This document shows positions 9,363 through 18,301 of a DNA stretch of 64,000 bases, in pieces. The translations under genes were made by a program, and so were the position numbers. Position 1 is the first letter of the stretch. Every line of letters begins with the position of its first letter. This stretch comes from an uncultured Chloroflexaceae bacterium (GTDB lineage Bacteria > Chloroflexota > Chloroflexia > Chloroflexales > Chloroflexaceae): NCBI GenBank assembly GCA_964575355.1, contig CAZNQP010000007.1, forward strand, positions 5,038 through 69,037, read 5' to 3'. Below the pieces are notes generated by a model. The model was not told where the DNA came from, ran no database searches, and worked only from the letters and a program-made list of their open reading frames with translations.

Positions 9363-10475
9363 GTGCTAGACATCGCCATGCCAAAGATTGATGTTGTACA
9401 GGCGGCGGAAAACTATGGGCGGTTCAAAATCGAACCGCTTGATCCGGGCTATGGGCACACACTGGGCAACGCCCTGCGGCGCGTGCTCCTGTCGTCCATT
9501 CCGGGGTCAGCCATTACGAAAATCAAAATAGATACCGTCTTTCACGAGTTCTCGACCATTGAGGGGGTGCGGGAGGATGTGACGGAGATTGTGCTGAATG
9601 TCAAGGGCATTCGCCTGCGCTCGTATGCCGAGCGTCCCGTCAAAGTCACGCTATCGCGCACAGGTCCCGGTATGGTGCGGGCAGGCGATGCCGAACTGCC
9701 CAGCAACGTTGAGTTGGCAAACCCCGACCATTACATCTGTACGCTCGACTCGTCGTTTGCCCAGATTGAAATGGAGATGACGGTTGAGCGCGGGCGGGGC
9801 TATGTCCCCGCCGACCAGCGCGACGCGCTACCGATTGGCGAAATCCCGGTGGATGCCATCTTTACGCCCATCCCGCGTGTCAACTATGTGGTCGAAAACA
9901 CCCGCATCGGGCAGGTGACGGACTATGACCGCCTGCTGCTGGAAGTGTGGACCGACGGGACGGTGAAGCCGGGCGATGCCCTGAGCCACGCCGCGCAGGT
10001 GCTGGTGCAATACTATCAGGCAATCGCCGATTTCAACCGCATTGCGGTGGAGCCGGAACTGCCGACGGGTACGCCCGCAGGCTTGACCATCCCGCCCGAT
10101 GTGTACGATACCCCCATCGAAGACCTTGAGCTTTCGACGCGCACCTACAACTGCCTCAAGCGTGCCGACATTACGCGCATCGGGCAGGTCTTGCAGATGG
10201 ACGAAAAAGCATTGCTGTCGGTGCGGAACCTTGGGCAGAAGAGCATGGAAGAAATCCGTGACAAACTGGTCGAGCGGGGGTATATCAATGCACCGGATGG
10301 CGAGGCAAGCGACACTACCGACACCACCGACACCACCGACACCACCGACACCACCGACACCACCGACACTACCGATACTACCGACACTACCGAGGAGCGC
10401 GACACTGACACCACCACCGATGACCCTGTCGCCACCAAAGTCGAAGTCGCGGACGAAGCAGTAACACAAGAGTAG
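9363..10475 (+). CDS. rpoA: DNA-directed RNA polymerase subunit alpha with acidic D/T-repeat tail
   Basis: GTG 7 nt after AGGAGG. GHTLGNALRRVLLSS and alpha-CTD LELSTRTYNCLKRA.I..IG.L. About 55 extra C-terminal residues. Confidence 0.95.
   Translation: MLDIAMPKIDVVQAAENYGRFKIEPLDPGYGHTLGNALRRVLLSSIPGSAITKIKIDTVFHEFSTIEGVREDVTEIVLNVKGIRLRSYAERPVKVTLSRTGPGMVRAGDAELPSNVELANPDHYICTLDSSFAQIEMEMTVERGRGYVPADQRDALPIGEIPVDAIFTPIPRVNYVVENTRIGQVTDYDRLLLEVWTDGTVKPGDALSHAAQVLVQYYQAIADFNRIAVEPELPTGTPAGLTIPPDVYDTPIEDLELSTRTYNCLKRADITRIGQVLQMDEKALLSVRNLGQKSMEEIRDKLVERGYINAPDGEASDTTDTTDTTDTTDTTDTTDTTDTTDTTEERDTDTTTDDPVATKVEVADEAVTQE
10321..10401 (+). repeat. 9-bp microsatellite, 9 units (GAC ACY ACC = Asp-Thr-Thr) within rpoA
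   Basis: Units gacactacc / gacaccacc x5 / gacactacc / gatactacc / gacactacc, read directly. Confidence 0.95.
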
Positions 10476-10526
10476 CCAGCGCAGGGCGTGCGCCCGTGCT
10501 GTACATCGTGGGAGTAGAGCGAGAAG

Positions 10527-10877
10527 ATGCGACATCGCAAGGGAACAGTCAAACTAGGGCGCAGCTATGAGCACCGCAAGGCGTTGCTCCGCAACCAGAT
10601 GATCGCGTTGCTAGAGCATCGCAAAATCAAGACGACGCTGGCGAAAGCACGCGCCCTGCAACCGGAAGTCGAGCGGGTCATTTCGATTGCCCGCCACGAT
10701 ACGCCGCACGCGCGCCGCATGGTGCTGTCGAAGCTGGCAAGCAAGAAGGCGATGCGCCACGTCTTCACGTTCGTGCCCGAAGAATACGGGTCACGCAACG
10801 GCGGCTACACGCGCATTACCCGCATTGGCGTGCGCCCCGGCGACGCGGCGGAGATGGCAGTGATCGAACTGGTCTAG
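10527..10877 (+). CDS. rplQ: 50S ribosomal protein L17
   Basis: MRHRKG..KLGR...HRKALLRN....L..H..I.TT..KA... Confidence 0.95.
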   Translation: MRHRKGTVKLGRSYEHRKALLRNQMIALLEHRKIKTTLAKARALQPEVERVISIARHDTPHARRMVLSKLASKKAMRHVFTFVPEEYGSRNGGYTRITRIGVRPGDAAEMAVIELV

Positions 10878-10913
10878 GCGGGCAACCGGAGCCACGACGA
10901 GCACCACGAGCCA

Positions 10914-11717
10914 ATGCAACGACGGGTCGCTCTGCGGATAGCCTACGACGGTAGCGCATTTGTCGGGTCGCAGTGGCAACCCAACGGACGTTCCGTGCAG
11001 GGCGCGGTTGAGGCGGCGTGGGCGGCATTCAGTGGCGAAACGCGTCGGGTGACCTTTGCGGGGCGCACCGATGCCCACGTCCATGCAACGGGGCAGGTGG
11101 TGCATCTAGATACTGCCAACCAGCACCCCCCCGCAACCATCGCCCGTGCCCTCAATGCACGCTTGCCGCGCGATGTTGCGGTAGTCGGTGCGTGGGAGGT
11201 CACGAGCGGTTTTCACGCCCGCTTCGGGGCAACGTGGCGCAGGTATCGGTACCTGCTTGACCCCGCCCCCGTTGCGGCACCATTGTTACGCCACATGGTG
11301 GTGCCTGTAGCACCACCACCTGACGCAGCAGCGATACAGGCGGCACTCGAGATGCTCATCGGCGAGCACGACTTTGCCGGGTTTGCCAGCCAGCACCACG
11401 ATAGCCAGTCTACGGTGCGGCAATGCTACCGGGCACGGTGCGAGCCGGTTGTCTGGGAGGGGCGCAGGTTGCTGGCAATCGAACTGGTTGCCAATGCGTT
11501 TTTGCGCCATATGGTACGCACAATCGTCGGCACGGTGCTCGAAGTGGGGCATCATCGCCGCACGCTTGCAGCATTCGGTGCAGTGCTGCAAACTGCCGAC
11601 CGGCGGCAGGCTGGTCCGACGGCTGCACCACACGGATTGACGCTGGTTGCGGTAGGCTACCCTGCCAGCCTGATACCACCAGCAATGCACATAGCAATGG
11701 ATGAGGACGGGCAATGA
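10914..11717 (+). CDS. truA: tRNA pseudouridine(38-40) synthase
   Basis: IAYDGS.F.G.Q.Q and catalytic GRTDAHVHATGQV. Follows rplQ, as in many bacteria. Confidence 0.92.
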   Translation: MQRRVALRIAYDGSAFVGSQWQPNGRSVQGAVEAAWAAFSGETRRVTFAGRTDAHVHATGQVVHLDTANQHPPATIARALNARLPRDVAVVGAWEVTSGFHARFGATWRRYRYLLDPAPVAAPLLRHMVVPVAPPPDAAAIQAALEMLIGEHDFAGFASQHHDSQSTVRQCYRARCEPVVWEGRRLLAIELVANAFLRHMVRTIVGTVLEVGHHRRTLAAFGAVLQTADRRQAGPTAAPHGLTLVAVGYPASLIPPAMHIAMDEDGQ

Positions 11718-12172
11718 CTAAAAACTATTTGATGCGAACCTATTCGCAAAAAGCGGCGGAAGTGCAGCGCGACTGGCACGTCATAGACGCAACCGACATG
11801 GTGCTGGGGCGGCTCGCCACCCAGATAGCCACGCTGCTGCGCGGGAAACACAAGCCAACCTACACACCCTCGCTCGATGGCGGTGACTTTGTGGTTGTCG
11901 TCAACGTAGAGAAAATCCGCGTGACGGGGCGCAAAGCCGAGCAGAAGGTCTACTACCGCCACACGGGCTATCCGGGCGGTATCCGCGCGACCCCGTACAA
12001 GATGATGCTCGAACGCCACCCCGACCGCATTCTGCGGCTGGCAGTCAAGCGGATGCTGCCCAAGGGACGGCTTGGGCGTGCCCAGTTGCTCAAGCTCCGC
12101 CTATATCGCGGACCGAGCCACCCGCACGCCGGACAGCATCCGAAAGTCTATGAGCCGCGCCCGCGTGGGTAG
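11714..12172 (+). CDS. rplM: 50S ribosomal protein L13
   Basis: ATGA overlap with truA. W.VIDA...VLGRLA..IA..LRGKHKP.YTP..D.GD.VVV.N. Confidence 0.96.
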   Translation: MTKNYLMRTYSQKAAEVQRDWHVIDATDMVLGRLATQIATLLRGKHKPTYTPSLDGGDFVVVVNVEKIRVTGRKAEQKVYYRHTGYPGGIRATPYKMMLERHPDRILRLAVKRMLPKGRLGRAQLLKLRLYRGPSHPHAGQHPKVYEPRPRG

Positions 12173-12203
12173 CGTAGCGATCAGTGCAAAAGGATAAGCA
12201 AGC

Positions 12204-12614
12204 ATGACAGATATGGCAATTGAGAAAGCCTATTTTCAGGGCACCGGGCGACGCAAAACCGCTGTCGCACGGGTACGCCTCTACCCCGGCGACGGGCAAT
12301 TCATTGTGAACGGGCTGCCAGTCCAAGACTACTTCCCGATGCGCGACCTGCTGTTGCAACAGGTGCAGTACCCGCTGGTCATCACCGAAACGCTCGGCAC
12401 CTTCAACGTGATGGTGAAGGTGCGCGGCGGCGGAATGTCGAGCCAAGCGGGGGCGGTGCGCCACGGTGTCGCGCGTGCGCTGATTGATGCCGACAGCGAA
12501 CTGCGCCCGCCCTTGAAACAAGCCGGGATGCTGACCCGCGATGCCCGCGTGAAAGAGCGTAAGAAAGTGGGGCTGAAGCGTGCCCGCAAACGCCCGCAGT
12601 ACACCAAGCGGTAG
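12204..12614 (+). CDS. rpsI: 30S ribosomal protein S9
   Basis: GTGRRK.AVARV.L.PG.G...NG and C-terminal RD.R.KERKK.GL.RARK.PQ..KR. Confidence 0.96.
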   Translation: MTDMAIEKAYFQGTGRRKTAVARVRLYPGDGQFIVNGLPVQDYFPMRDLLLQQVQYPLVITETLGTFNVMVKVRGGGMSSQAGAVRHGVARALIDADSELRPPLKQAGMLTRDARVKERKKVGLKRARKRPQYTKR

Positions 12615-12618
12615 CATG

Positions 12619-12647
12619 TTGTCGCGTGCCACGAGGCATGTTACAAT
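12619..12647 (+). promoter_or_regulatory. sigma70-type promoter TTGTCG-17-TACAAT upstream of rsmD
   Basis: -35 at 12619-12624, 17-nt spacer, -10 at 12642-12647, in the 69-bp rpsI-rsmD spacer. Confidence 0.5.
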
Positions 12648-12683
12648 CAGGGGAACAAGCAGCAACCGGATGGATACGTAGCC

Positions 12684-13343
12684 ATGCGCGTGATTACTGG
12701 CTCGGCACGCGGGCACCGCCTGAAAGCACCCCGCAGCACGACCACACGCCCGATGCTTGATCGGGTGAAAGAGTCGTTGTTTTCGGTACTCGAAAGCTAT
12801 GGTGCGATACGGGGCGACGTGGTTGACCTGTATGCAGGCACGGGATCGCTTGGCATCGAATGTTTGTCACGCGGAGCAGCGTGGGCAGACTTTGTTGAAA
12901 TGCGTTCGCACGTCTGCGGTATCATCCGACACAACCTAGCACATACTCGCCTCGACGGTCGTGCCCGTGTGCATTGCATGCCCGTTGAACGCTACCTGAA
13001 AACAGTCGCGGGGAGCCAGCGGTACGCCATGGTCATTCTTGACCCACCATACGCCGACCCTCAGATCGAGGCAACGCTCCGTGCCACTGACACCGCCGAC
13101 ATCGCGGCAGCGGGCGGCTTGCTGATCATCGGGCATTCGCCGCGCGTTGTGCTTGGCGATAGCTATGGACGCTGGGAGCGCGTGAAGTGGCGGCAAATCG
13201 GCGACTCGTGCTTTTCGATCTATCGCCAGCAGGCACCCGGAGCCGATGATACGGGCGCCCCCCATGCGAGCGTGGTACGGGGTGGCGCGGGGGCAGTTGG
13301 CATGGGGGCAGGTGACGTGGGGGCAGCAGAGGGAGTAGCATAA
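12684..13343 (+). CDS. rsmD: 16S rRNA (guanine966-N2)-methyltransferase RsmD with Gly/Ala-rich C-terminal extension
   Basis: RVI.G..RG..L..P....TRP..DRVKESLF..L and the DPPY motif. About 35 extra C-terminal residues. Confidence 0.88.
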   Translation: MRVITGSARGHRLKAPRSTTTRPMLDRVKESLFSVLESYGAIRGDVVDLYAGTGSLGIECLSRGAAWADFVEMRSHVCGIIRHNLAHTRLDGRARVHCMPVERYLKTVAGSQRYAMVILDPPYADPQIEATLRATDTADIAAAGGLLIIGHSPRVVLGDSYGRWERVKWRQIGDSCFSIYRQQAPGADDTGAPHASVVRGGAGAVGMGAGDVGAAEGVA

Positions 13344-13346
13344 CTG

Positions 13347-13832
13347 ATGAAAATCGCACTCTACCCCGGTAGCTTCGACCCCGTGACCAACGGGCACCTT
13401 GATACTGCCGTCCGGGCGATGCGGCTTGTGGATACCCTCGTGATAGGTGTCTTCGACCGCCCCCAGCGCAACCTGCTGTTTAATACTGCTGAACGTGTTG
13501 ACTTCATTGAAGCCGCCGTCGCGGACTACCCCGGCATTCGGGTGATGTCCTACAACACGCTCACTGTCGAGTTTGCAGCAACTATCGGGGCAGACCTGAT
13601 CATCCGCGGGCTACGCGATAGCCTTGACTTTGAGCGGGAGTTCCAAACTGCCCAAGTCAACCAGACCCTCGCACCCGACATAGATATGGTATTGTTTATG
13701 GCAAGCCATAAATATACGTTTCTCAGTGCGAGCACAGTGCGCGAGATTGCGTCACTCGGAGGAAGCGTAGACGCATTTGTACCAGCCCACGTCGCAGCCG
13801 CGTTGCAGCGCAAGTTCGCCAGCACAGCCTAG
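13347..13832 (+). CDS. coaD: phosphopantetheine adenylyltransferase
   Basis: MKIALYPGSFDPVTNGHLD and ISSS-like SASTVREIA. Classic rsmD-coaD pairing. Confidence 0.95.
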   Translation: MKIALYPGSFDPVTNGHLDTAVRAMRLVDTLVIGVFDRPQRNLLFNTAERVDFIEAAVADYPGIRVMSYNTLTVEFAATIGADLIIRGLRDSLDFEREFQTAQVNQTLAPDIDMVLFMASHKYTFLSASTVREIASLGGSVDAFVPAHVAAALQRKFASTA

Positions 13833-13862
13833 CACCCACCCGGTAGCAGGCAACTGAAGGGG

Positions 13863-14288
13863 GTGAATGCCATCGAACAGCTAGATAACCTAATTGACGA
13901 ACTGGAAGATGTGCTTGCCGAGGGAACACGGGTGCCGGTTGTCAACCGCCTGATGGTAGATGAAGACCGCACGCTCGACATTATTGACCGGATGCGGGCA
14001 GCCATTCCGGATGAACTCAAGCAAGCGCGGCGCGTCTTGAGCGAACAAGACCGCCTGCTGGCTGATGCCCGCACACGGGTGCAACAACTGATGGATGAAC
14101 AAGGCTTCACGGCAGCAATCGAAGCGGAACGACAACACATCTTGCACCTTGCCGAGCAAGAAGCCGCCGATGTCCGTGCCGGTGCCGATGACTATGCACG
14201 GGAGGTGTTGCAGCAACTCGACGAGCACCTGCTCAAGTTGCTGTCGAACGTGCGAAATGGGCTGGAAGCACTGACAGACTCGGACTAG
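13863..14288 (+). CDS. hypothetical acidic coiled-coil protein
   Basis: GTG after GAAGGGG. 141 aa rich in E/D/L/R heptad-like sequence. High GC3. Sits between coaD and the yceD-like gene. No family name I can support. Confidence 0.7.
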   Translation: MNAIEQLDNLIDELEDVLAEGTRVPVVNRLMVDEDRTLDIIDRMRAAIPDELKQARRVLSEQDRLLADARTRVQQLMDEQGFTAAIEAERQHILHLAEQEAADVRAGADDYAREVLQQLDEHLLKLLSNVRNGLEALTDSD

Positions 14289-14325
14289 CCGTTCGGGTGG
14301 TTGCTGCCACAAGGGGGGTGCGACC

Positions 14326-14871
14326 ATGACAATAATCCGGTTTAATGTGGCGCAGTTGTTGCGCGAGGAGATCGGCGCACGCCGAGCGCACCAGTTCGCC
14401 GAGCCAACGCTGCCGCTCGACGACAGCCTAACCCTCCGCACGATCACGGGCGACGTGCGCTTTACCCGGACGGCAACGGGCGTGTATGCCCAAGTGACCG
14501 CCCACGGCACCGTCACGCTGACCTGTGTGCGTTCACTCGAACCGTTTGACTATCCGGTCAGCGTGACGTTTGCGGATGAGTTTCATTCGCTGGTAGACGT
14601 GATCACGAGCACGCGGCTTGCCAAGCCCACCGAAGAAGACCCGTTTATGCTCACCGAGTCACACATGGCAGACGTGGGCGAGGCAATACGCGAATATACC
14701 TTGCTGGCATTGCCGATCAAGCCGGTCAGCCCTGCCCATGCGGACGCGCCGGTGCAATATACGATACAGACCGCCAGCGACGACGAGACGGACGACGACG
14801 AGATTGATGTACGCCTGCGGGCATTGAAAAACTGGTCAGCAGGCGCATCAGGGAACGAAACCAACCAGTAA
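14326..14871 (+). CDS. YceD/DUF177-family protein (ribosome-biogenesis associated)
   Basis: Immediately upstream of rpmF, as in the conserved yceD-rpmF pair. Acidic C-terminus. Confidence 0.8.
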   Translation: MTIIRFNVAQLLREEIGARRAHQFAEPTLPLDDSLTLRTITGDVRFTRTATGVYAQVTAHGTVTLTCVRSLEPFDYPVSVTFADEFHSLVDVITSTRLAKPTEEDPFMLTESHMADVGEAIREYTLLALPIKPVSPAHADAPVQYTIQTASDDETDDDEIDVRLRALKNWSAGASGNETNQ

Positions 14872-14886
14872 AGCGAGGATTGAACA

Positions 14887-15087
14887 ATGGGTGCCGTACC
14901 GAAGCATAAAGTGTCGCGCCACCAGCGTGGCAACCGCCGCCGCAACCAACTGTTGCGGACACCAGACCTGACCCGCTGCAAGAACTGCGGCGACCTGATG
15001 CAGCAGCATCGGGCGTGCAAGACATGTGGACAGTATCGAGGGCGGCAGATACTTGCCGTGAAGAACCACGACGCAGACGACGAATAA
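14887..15087 (+). CDS. rpmF: 50S ribosomal protein L32 (Cys4 form)
   Basis: MGAVPKHKVSR..RGNRR and CKNCG...CKTCG. Confidence 0.95.
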   Translation: MGAVPKHKVSRHQRGNRRRNQLLRTPDLTRCKNCGDLMQQHRACKTCGQYRGRQILAVKNHDADDE

Positions 15088-15105
15088 ACGACCGAGCAGG
15101 TACCG

Positions 15106-16128
15106 ATGACGACGCAACGGGCACGCTATGCCGCCATTACCGGATGGGGGATGGCAGTGCCCGACCGTGTTGTCACCAATGCCGAACTTGCCCACACCCT
15201 CGACACGTCGGACGAGTGGATACGGAGCCGCACGGGTATCGCCGAGCGGCGCATTGCTGCCCCCACTGAACCCACCTCACTGTTTGCCACCCGCGCCGCC
15301 CGTGCCGCGCTTGCGGCGGCAGGCATAGACCCCGCACAGGTAGACCTCGTGATTGTGGCAACCTGTACGCCCGATCTCCCCTTCCCGGCGACGGCGTGCC
15401 GCGTCCAAGCCGACCTCGGCAGCAGGCACGCGGGCGCGTTCGACGTGGTGGCGGCATGCAGTGGCTTCGTGTATGGGCTGAGTGTCGCCACCAGCATGAT
15501 CCAGAGTGGTGCCCACGATACGGTTGTACTGGTCGGGGCTGATCTGTTTAGCCGTATCCTCAATTGGCAAGACCGCGCCACCTGTGTCCTGTTTGGCGAC
15601 GGCGCAGGTGCGGTGGTGCTAGAGGCAAGCACCGCCCCAGCGGGTGCCCTGCACACGCTTCTGCGTTCGCGCGGCGAGGACGAGAGCCTGATGGAAATTG
15701 CGGCAGGCGGCACACGGTTGCCGCTCACACCAGAGCTATTCGCGGCGCAACAGCACACGTTCACCATGCAGGGGCGTGAGGTGTTTCGCTTTGCGGTGCG
15801 CGAGATGGCAGACCTCGCCCTAGAGACACTCGCCCAAGCCGATGTCAGCCTCGCCGATGTGCGCCTTGTTGTGCCCCACCAAGCCAACCTCCGCATCTTA
15901 GACGCATTGGCGAAGCGGCTCGCCCTGCCACCTGAACGCATCGTAGCGAACCTCGACCGCTACGGCAACACCTCGGCGGCATCCATCCCCATCGCACTCC
16001 ACGAAGCCGCCGCCAGCGGGCGACTGGCGGCGGGAGACTTGCTGCTGTTGTTGGCAGCTGGTGGCGGGCTAACGTGGGGGGCATCGCTGGTGCGCTGGAC
16101 TGCGCCCACCTCACCGCACCAAGCATAA
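15106..16128 (+). CDS. fabH: 3-oxoacyl-ACP synthase III
   Basis: TSDEWI..RTGI..R, active-site AACSGF, PHQAN.RI, GNTSAAS. Confidence 0.95.
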   Translation: MTTQRARYAAITGWGMAVPDRVVTNAELAHTLDTSDEWIRSRTGIAERRIAAPTEPTSLFATRAARAALAAAGIDPAQVDLVIVATCTPDLPFPATACRVQADLGSRHAGAFDVVAACSGFVYGLSVATSMIQSGAHDTVVLVGADLFSRILNWQDRATCVLFGDGAGAVVLEASTAPAGALHTLLRSRGEDESLMEIAAGGTRLPLTPELFAAQQHTFTMQGREVFRFAVREMADLALETLAQADVSLADVRLVVPHQANLRILDALAKRLALPPERIVANLDRYGNTSAASIPIALHEAAASGRLAAGDLLLLLAAGGGLTWGASLVRWTAPTSPHQA

Positions 16129-16139
16129 CCCAATAGCTA

Positions 16140-16609
16140 AGCTACAGAAGACCCACCTGCATAGCACCATCAACTGAACAGGTAGGGCAGTGACCTTCTG
16201 ACAGGTGTCACTCGTGTGTATCGTGACACGCCTGTGAGAGAGATGTCGTTCTCGACCTCGCGGCATTGTTGTTGCGCCTACGCTCGAACTTTGCTGCCCC
16301 GTTGCACCGTATCACAGGTCTTGCGTGCAAAGCAGTGGTACTGTCAGAAACCGTACTTCAGCTTCCACTTTTGTGCAGGAGAGCTAAACGTCGCTCGCCG
16401 TACAAACCGTACTCCAACTCATACTCCGGGGTGTCAGTCACACCTCCGGTTATCGCTTCATCCGTTAGCCGGGTCTTCACATCGGCTTACCTACTTCTGC
16501 ACCATACTTGCTACTCGTTTTGTTTCTCTTGATCCGAAAGCCTTGCGGGACTGGTGCGGTGCGTCCTGTTCAGTTGTTAAGGTGTGTGCTGTGGTGTTCT
16601 TCTGTAGCT
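16140..16609. other. inverted-repeat-closed non-coding element (candidate large structured RNA or MITE)
   Basis: 16140-16151 is the exact reverse complement of 16598-16609, and 16171-16182 of 16565-16576. Internal hairpins present. G+C visibly lower. Only nonsense ORFs. Lies between convergent genes. Confidence 0.45.
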
Positions 16610-16650
16610 TGGTAGTAGTATAGCACCCACCCACACCCCCATGCAAGCAT

Positions 16651-18168
16651 CTATCGTGCTTTAACGATTATGGACGCAAGCGCACGCCCCGACAGCAACG
16701 CCAGCGGAATACCGCCGCCGGGGTGGGTGCCGCCGCCCACAAAATAGAGGTTGGCAACGTCGCGGGCACGCTGCGGCGGGCGCAAAAACGCGGCAAAGCG
16801 GTTGTTCGATGCCAGCCCATAGATCGCCCCCGCCGACGCGTTGTAGCGCGTGGCAAGGTCAGCAGGGGTTCGGATGACCTCATGCGTGATATGCTGGCGC
16901 AGGTCGTGTAGCCCCATCTGCTCGAGGCGGCGCAGCACCACATCCCGATAGGCGGGAGCTTCGCGCTCCCAGTTGACCCGCCCGTTCAGGGCGGGGGCAT
17001 TCACCAGCACAAACATATTCATGTGTCCCGGCGGGGCGTGCTCCGCATCGGTGATGGACGAGGTACACACATAGATTGTCGGGTTGGCGGCGGGCACACC
17101 GTGCGCGAACAGCGCGGCAAACTCGCCGGGGTAGTCGCGGCTGAAAAAAATGCTGTGGTGCGCCAATTGCTCATACTGGCGAGCTACCCCTAGCAGCAGC
17201 ACAAAGCCACTACACGACGGCTCTTGCTGCACCAGCCGCCGCGCCCACGGCTGCGGGGTGGGCAACATCTGCTCGTACACATAGCGCGGGTCGGCATTGG
17301 CAACCACCACATCGGCAACGTGGTGCTGCCCCGCCACCGTGACAGCACCCGTCACGCGCCCCTGCTGCTGCACCAGTTGCTGCACCGGGGTATTCAGTTG
17401 CACGTCCACACCGAGGTCGCCCGCGAGTTGTTGCAACGCCTCAGCTAGGCGATACATACCGCCCCGGATGTACCACCCGCCCGTCGCAAACTCGATGAAG
17501 GCAATCACATTGAAGGTCGCCGGGGTCAGGTAGGGCGACGAGCCATTGTAGGTAGCGTAGCGGTTGAAGACCTGCCGCAGGTAGGGGCTGGTAAAGAAGC
17601 TCTGCACCGCTTGATCGAGCGTGCGGAAGGCATCAATACGCGGACCGTCGCGCATGAGGCGCGGGTTGAACATGCTGCGGAACCCGGCGAACGGCTGGTA
17701 CAGAAATGGCTCGCTCACACTGTCGTATATCTGGCTGGCATACGCAAGAAAGCGCAGCATCCCGTTCACATCGGCGGGGCTGATGCGCTCGATCTCGTGT
17801 AGCAGGCGCGGCAGGCTCTGCCATGCGTCAAACTGCGTCCCATCGTCCCAGAAGTAGCGGCAAGTCGGCTCGACAGGCACAATGTCGAGGTAGTCGTCGG
17901 CATTGCGCCCCGCCAGCGCGAACAGGTCGCGCACAACCCACGGCATCGTAAAGAGTGACGGACCGGTATCGTAGGTATAGCCTGCCTGCTGGTAGATGTC
18001 GAGCTTGCCACCGACGCGCTCATTCTTTTCGAGCACGGTAACGGCATAGCCCGCCACCGCAAGATGGATCGCCGCCGACAAGCCACCCAACCCTGCCCCG
18101 ATGACAAGGGCAGTAGGACGGGCGGGGGGCGTGTACGCACCACGGGGGGGGGCGTGTGTTTCAATCAC
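16651..18168 (-). CDS. phytoene desaturase (CrtI) family FAD-dependent oxidoreductase
   Basis: GTG after AGGAG. N-terminal Rossmann motif VIGAGLGGLSAAIHLA..G..V.VLEKN...GGK. 505 aa. C-terminal FVGGGTHPGGG. Confidence 0.88.
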   Translation of the reverse strand: MIETHAPPRGAYTPPARPTALVIGAGLGGLSAAIHLAVAGYAVTVLEKNERVGGKLDIYQQAGYTYDTGPSLFTMPWVVRDLFALAGRNADDYLDIVPVEPTCRYFWDDGTQFDAWQSLPRLLHEIERISPADVNGMLRFLAYASQIYDSVSEPFLYQPFAGFRSMFNPRLMRDGPRIDAFRTLDQAVQSFFTSPYLRQVFNRYATYNGSSPYLTPATFNVIAFIEFATGGWYIRGGMYRLAEALQQLAGDLGVDVQLNTPVQQLVQQQGRVTGAVTVAGQHHVADVVVANADPRYVYEQMLPTPQPWARRLVQQEPSCSGFVLLLGVARQYEQLAHHSIFFSRDYPGEFAALFAHGVPAANPTIYVCTSSITDAEHAPPGHMNMFVLVNAPALNGRVNWEREAPAYRDVVLRRLEQMGLHDLRQHITHEVIRTPADLATRYNASAGAIYGLASNNRFAAFLRPPQRARDVANLYFVGGGTHPGGGIPLALLSGRALASIIVKAR

Positions 18169-18242
18169 CGCTTGCTCCTATCGTCGTATTGCTGTTCTTG
18201 CTGAAGAGTAGTGTACCGAGGAATGGAGCGGGGGGCAAGCTC

Positions 18243-18279
18243 GCAACGGGCTACCAGCCGTATCCCAGTAGCCCGTTGC
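18243..18279 (-). terminator. perfect 12-bp-stem hairpin downstream of the cpaF-like gene (no U-tract)
   Basis: GCAACGGGCTAC (18243-18254) pairs with GTAGCCCGTTGC (18268-18279), 13-nt loop. Begins 23 nt past the stop. Confidence 0.45.
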
Positions 18280-18301
18280 AGTCGGCGCGGCAAGTCTACG
18301 C

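Noticed and set aside
16216-16623. 135-aa ORF (and the 88-aa ORF at 16266-16532) inside the long fabH/crtI spacer.
   Set aside because: Cys/Arg/His-rich sequence, no convincing SD, low G+C and no GC3 bias in a genome whose real genes are strongly GC3-biased. Best explained as chance ORFs in non-coding DNA.
16129-16650. Tested the spacer against known RNAs: RNase P (GGAAAGUCC / P4), tmRNA (5' GGGG, 3' CCA, tag ORF), 6S, SRP, group II intron domain V (the AAACCGTACT repeats resemble half of it), and the hammerhead CUGANGA...GAAAC core.
   Set aside because: No conserved core motifs are present. The domain V-like strings have no complementary partner on the same strand. The CUGA-type strings fail at invariant positions. 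It is left as an unclassified element.
18243-18279. Recurrence of GGTAGCCCGTT-like 10-11-mers at 18243, 18268, 23742 and 52020 as a possible dispersed REP-like element.
   Set aside because: In about 128 kb of two-strand sequence, thousands of chance 10-11-mer matches are expected. The flanks show no extended similarity.
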